A stretch of DNA of 64,000 nucleotides from Octopus bimaculoides (Eukaryota), in contig NC_068981.1 in the NCBI RefSeq assembly GCF_001194135.2, positions 125,394,422 to 125,458,421 on the forward strand. The letters are read 5' to 3'. The first letter of the stretch is position 1. The number at the start of each line of letters is the position of its first letter. This document shows positions 60,279 to 64,000 of the stretch, one piece after another. Below the pieces are notes generated by a model. It ran no database searches and had not been told where the DNA came from. It saw only the letters and a list, made by a program, of their open reading frames with translations. Position numbers and translations under genes: made by a program.

Positions 60279-63200
60279 GAAACTGTGTGGAAGCCCATCA
60301 CATAAGTCAGTGGAGGGCACTACCCATGATTTCTAATTTTTCTAAGGCCCCTGTGATTACTGAGGGAAAAGGGAGGAAGAAACCATAACTCACGAGTTTC
60401 TGCAGTTACAAATTATTATCAAACAAATGTGGTCTGAATGCTTGCAAACACACTTGACTCTACTCAAGGCTTCCAAGGTAGTGATTTTAAACTTGGTGAC
60501 AGATTGCATTTATCACTCAAGAACAGGATGGTCCTGCCTCATCATAAGCTTGTACAGTTTCCACCAACCAAATTTCCTTCACAAGGCTTTGGTTGACACC
60601 CAGGGTAGCATGCAATGGGATTGAACTCCAAAACTACATAATTGCAAACCAAACTTCTTAACCCACATAGCTATGCCTGCTCTAACCCTAACTGAAGCAT
60701 ATTTTTTAACATAATTTCTCAACATAGGTGCCTTGTATTTAGAAGAGCTCATTTGACAATTTCTATTATTAAGTAAAATATGAAGAAATGAAGGCAGTAT
60801 GGCCAGCTTAAAAGACTTCTTAATGGAAGAGAGATATTTTAGTCATTTTCTTTTGCATAACAACCATGATTATATTAACAAAGCAAGACACCTCTGTGTC
60901 TGCTTGTAATCATTACTGAATAAAAGCTACAAATTAGAAACATAGAAACCAAAAATGTAGTAAAAAGATTTGTCATAGGATTTGGTTCATAATTTTCTTG
61001 CTCTGCATATTTCTTTCTTTTAACATATAATTGAAAATTTCATGAAGGTTACTTCAGGTTTTAAAATTTACTAAAGAAATATTACATTTAAACACTTACA
61101 AAAATTGTTTATCAACAGTTATTTGCCATTCAATAGAATATAGAATATAACTTTGCCAACTAAATTTAAAACTAACCTTGATATATAGAAAAAAATCTTC
61201 AGGAAAGCTTCTGGTGAAAAGGGAATAAGGCACAAGTGAACAAACACGAATATGTTAAGATGGCATAAATAGTAATTTGAAGTTAAGTAGGTAAAGCAAA
61301 AAGTGAAGTAGCATTCTAAAAAGCCTGACTAACATATATCTATTATAAGAGCTTATAATGTACAGGCAAGACACATAACACTTATAAAGTCCAACTGTTT
61401 TTTACTGTTTCATTATCTTAATTTAGACAGAAGTGTTTTAACATCTTAATTGTGAAGTAGGGAGTGAATTATTAGTATGAAATTGATTATCACAGCACTG
61501 GAAAAGAGGTAGCATAGCAGGAGGTATTAAGATAAATTATCATTGCTTTGTACTGCAGCACAAAACAATGTTATCTGAAAAATAATAATAGCTGACTTAA
61601 AATAAAGCACAATTTCACTTGACAAAGCAGAACACTCAGGGAGGGGGTGATTCTGTGATGGTTATTGCCAAGACTATGAATATAACAAAAAAATGACCAA
61701 TGATGAATAAACTATTTGAAAAAATATACTGTGTCACTATTGATTAAAAATTAAGTTGTAGTACTACTGATTATATTGTCAAAAGTTCAAAGCACAACAC
61801 ATAACTTTATTGCTTCCAGTATAACTAACTAATAAAAATCAAGTTTTAGTTGTGAAGTCTAAATTAGTAGTGGAACATAAATGAACATGAAATAAAGCCT
61901 GTATTATAGAACCAAGGACGATCTTGGATGGGATGGTATCAAATCAAAAGGATTGACATTTTAGTAAACATTACACACAGCAAATTAAATGTGAATCTTG
62001 ATATGTGTCTCAGATTAGTATTATTATTTTTTTTTTTTTTTGTACAAAATAATTTAGATGGGGAGGAGGCATCTGAAATTTTTCCGTACTTTGCTAGACT
62101 GGTGAAGTTGAAACAATTTACAGATTGTTATCAACAGGACTGAGAATTTCTGGGGAAGAAGGATAGACTGAAAAGTATAACATAAGGAGTTTGAAGAATA
62201 ACTCAGAGCAGGGTTGATAAGACAAAGGAAACAAGTAAATCAGTTCCAGGATAGAAGAATATTTGTAGTAATAGCAGAAGAGACATTGAAAACATATCAT
62301 ATTGGTGATGAAAGGTGTATGAAACAATTATAGCAATTGAAGGGGCACAATATAAAATGCTTGTATGTGTGCAACAGCTGTTACATGTTGAATATGAAAG
62401 TGGTACTCTAATATAGGCCACAAATGTGTCTCGTAGACAGCAACTGATCAAAACAGTAATATTATCTTGTGCAGAAGAAGCTTAGCATTAGGGACATCAG
62501 TGTTAATAATTCTAAAAATAAATGGGTACAAGGCAATTGAACTATTCCTTGCAACAGAAGTTTCATTCTTTTAATATACTTGACCAATATCTCCTTTTAG
62601 TCAAATATGGCAGATGAAAACTATGTATATAGAAGCCCATTGTGTGAATATGCATGAGTGTGTGTGTGTGTGAGCACGCACACGTGTATACATAAGTGCA
62701 TGTGTATATGTGTGCATGAGTGTGCATGTGAATGTTTATTTACCAGAGTAAAACTTGGTGTTGTGTCTAAAAATTGACTTAGCCATTCAATAAATATAGT
62801 TTGATTAAATAAGGAACAAGCTGAATTAAGCACAGGGGTTGATATGACCAAATAAGAATTTTTGTTGACAGCCACTCCAAGTGGCCTCAGATCAATGATT
62901 GAAGCCAATAAACAAATAACAGAATACTGCTATCAATTCAATATCACATTATTCATTTCCTTGGCTATAGAAAATTTCAGACAAATTTATACCAAGCATT
63001 CAAAATTTCTTTCTTCATCCTTACAAAGTTTAGCCAAAGTATTTCTTTTTACATTTAACTGCAGGAAATCTGTAAATACACTTGAAGAAAGTGTTTGATA
63101 GAAAAAAGTCTTATATTTAAGTAAATATAAAATAGCAATAAATCTATTCAGAAAAGATATTTGTAGAAAATTATGTGGTCTGTAACTGTTTATAGATTTT

Positions 63201-64000
63201 TATAAATGTACAATCATGCTGTGAAGGAAAGATAATTTGGTAATCGAAAGATTTTATTCTTTTGTGTAAAAGTAAAGGTATTTATAGAGAGATACATCTA
63301 AATATGAACCATGTGTCTTGATGAATAGAAGGCAATCATAAAAGATGTTGAAAATTAGGTTTATTGGTAGTATGCCAGCCCATGTTGCTATTTTAATTCT
63401 GCATTATACATATTTAAGAACCACTGACAAACAGACAGTTGTCATTGTGACAAAGCTGGTTATGTAAAAATTGATACCTGACTGTGAGCTGTTGTATGAC
63501 AAGTTTGGAGAGACACACAACTATGTTGGTACGGATTATTTAGAATATTCAAGGAATCATACCACCACATATATTAACAGCACAATCTCTATATGTGCAT
63601 CAAATAAGATTACAGCATATAATTGGTGTATGTAGCTAAGTGAAATTGTGGTATTTTTGGTGACACTCAGAGCCCTGTTAATGTGGGTCATTAAGAACAT
63701 TCAGAGTCAAGCCAGCTCTTGATTTGGTGGTATAAACTCTCTATGTGTACCAAGTGAGAAGTTTGGGGATATATAGTTAGAGTATGTGGCCAAGTGGAAC
63801 TATGGATATGATTCAGGGTGGTATATTTAAGTTGATAATGTTAATAAACTTTGATTTACTGGATTATATCTTAGAACTTTCAGCTCCAAGTATTTTGTTT
63901 TATGCCAATATTCTTTAAATTTTTTGTTTGCCTTTACATAGCTAAAAACTACAGCTTCTCAGTTATATATGTTGATTGCAGTATTTTTCCCTGTATACAT

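Noticed and set aside
62862-63145. ORF 62862-63098 or terminal exon RKSVNTLEESV* followed by AATAAA
   Set aside because: Plausible acceptor, but the peptide is too short and AATAAA is common in AT-rich DNA.

Overview
AT-rich, CpG-depleted, repeat-saturated eukaryotic DNA with scaffold gaps. The SINE families resemble those I recall from octopod (Octopus) genomes; this is pattern recognition, not a database hit. Coding content is sparse. The minus strand carries the first coding exon of a FAM20B-like glycosaminoglycan xylosylkinase (10284-9876). A tentative unidentified plus-strand gene starts at 22429, apparently head-to-head with FAM20B across a short CpG/CCAAT-containing segment. The rest is mostly transposon debris: several modular tRNA-headed SINE families, RTE-type LINE relics, two 5'-truncated R4/Dong-type RLE retroelements in (TAA)n, an internally deleted Chapaev3-like transposon, a maT/mariner fragment, piggyBac-like, hAT-like and foldback MITEs, and Helitron-like pieces. 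Most ORF-track entries are microsatellite, SINE or N-gap artefacts. No new biological system is demonstrated. The best leads are a minimal type I hammerhead ribozyme fold in a ~150-bp element (573-618), an RTE-like LINE with twin-priming inversion geometry (5112-5750), head-to-tail SINE arrays whose (ATT)n tails host Dong-like insertions, and the putative bidirectional promoter with an unknown gene.
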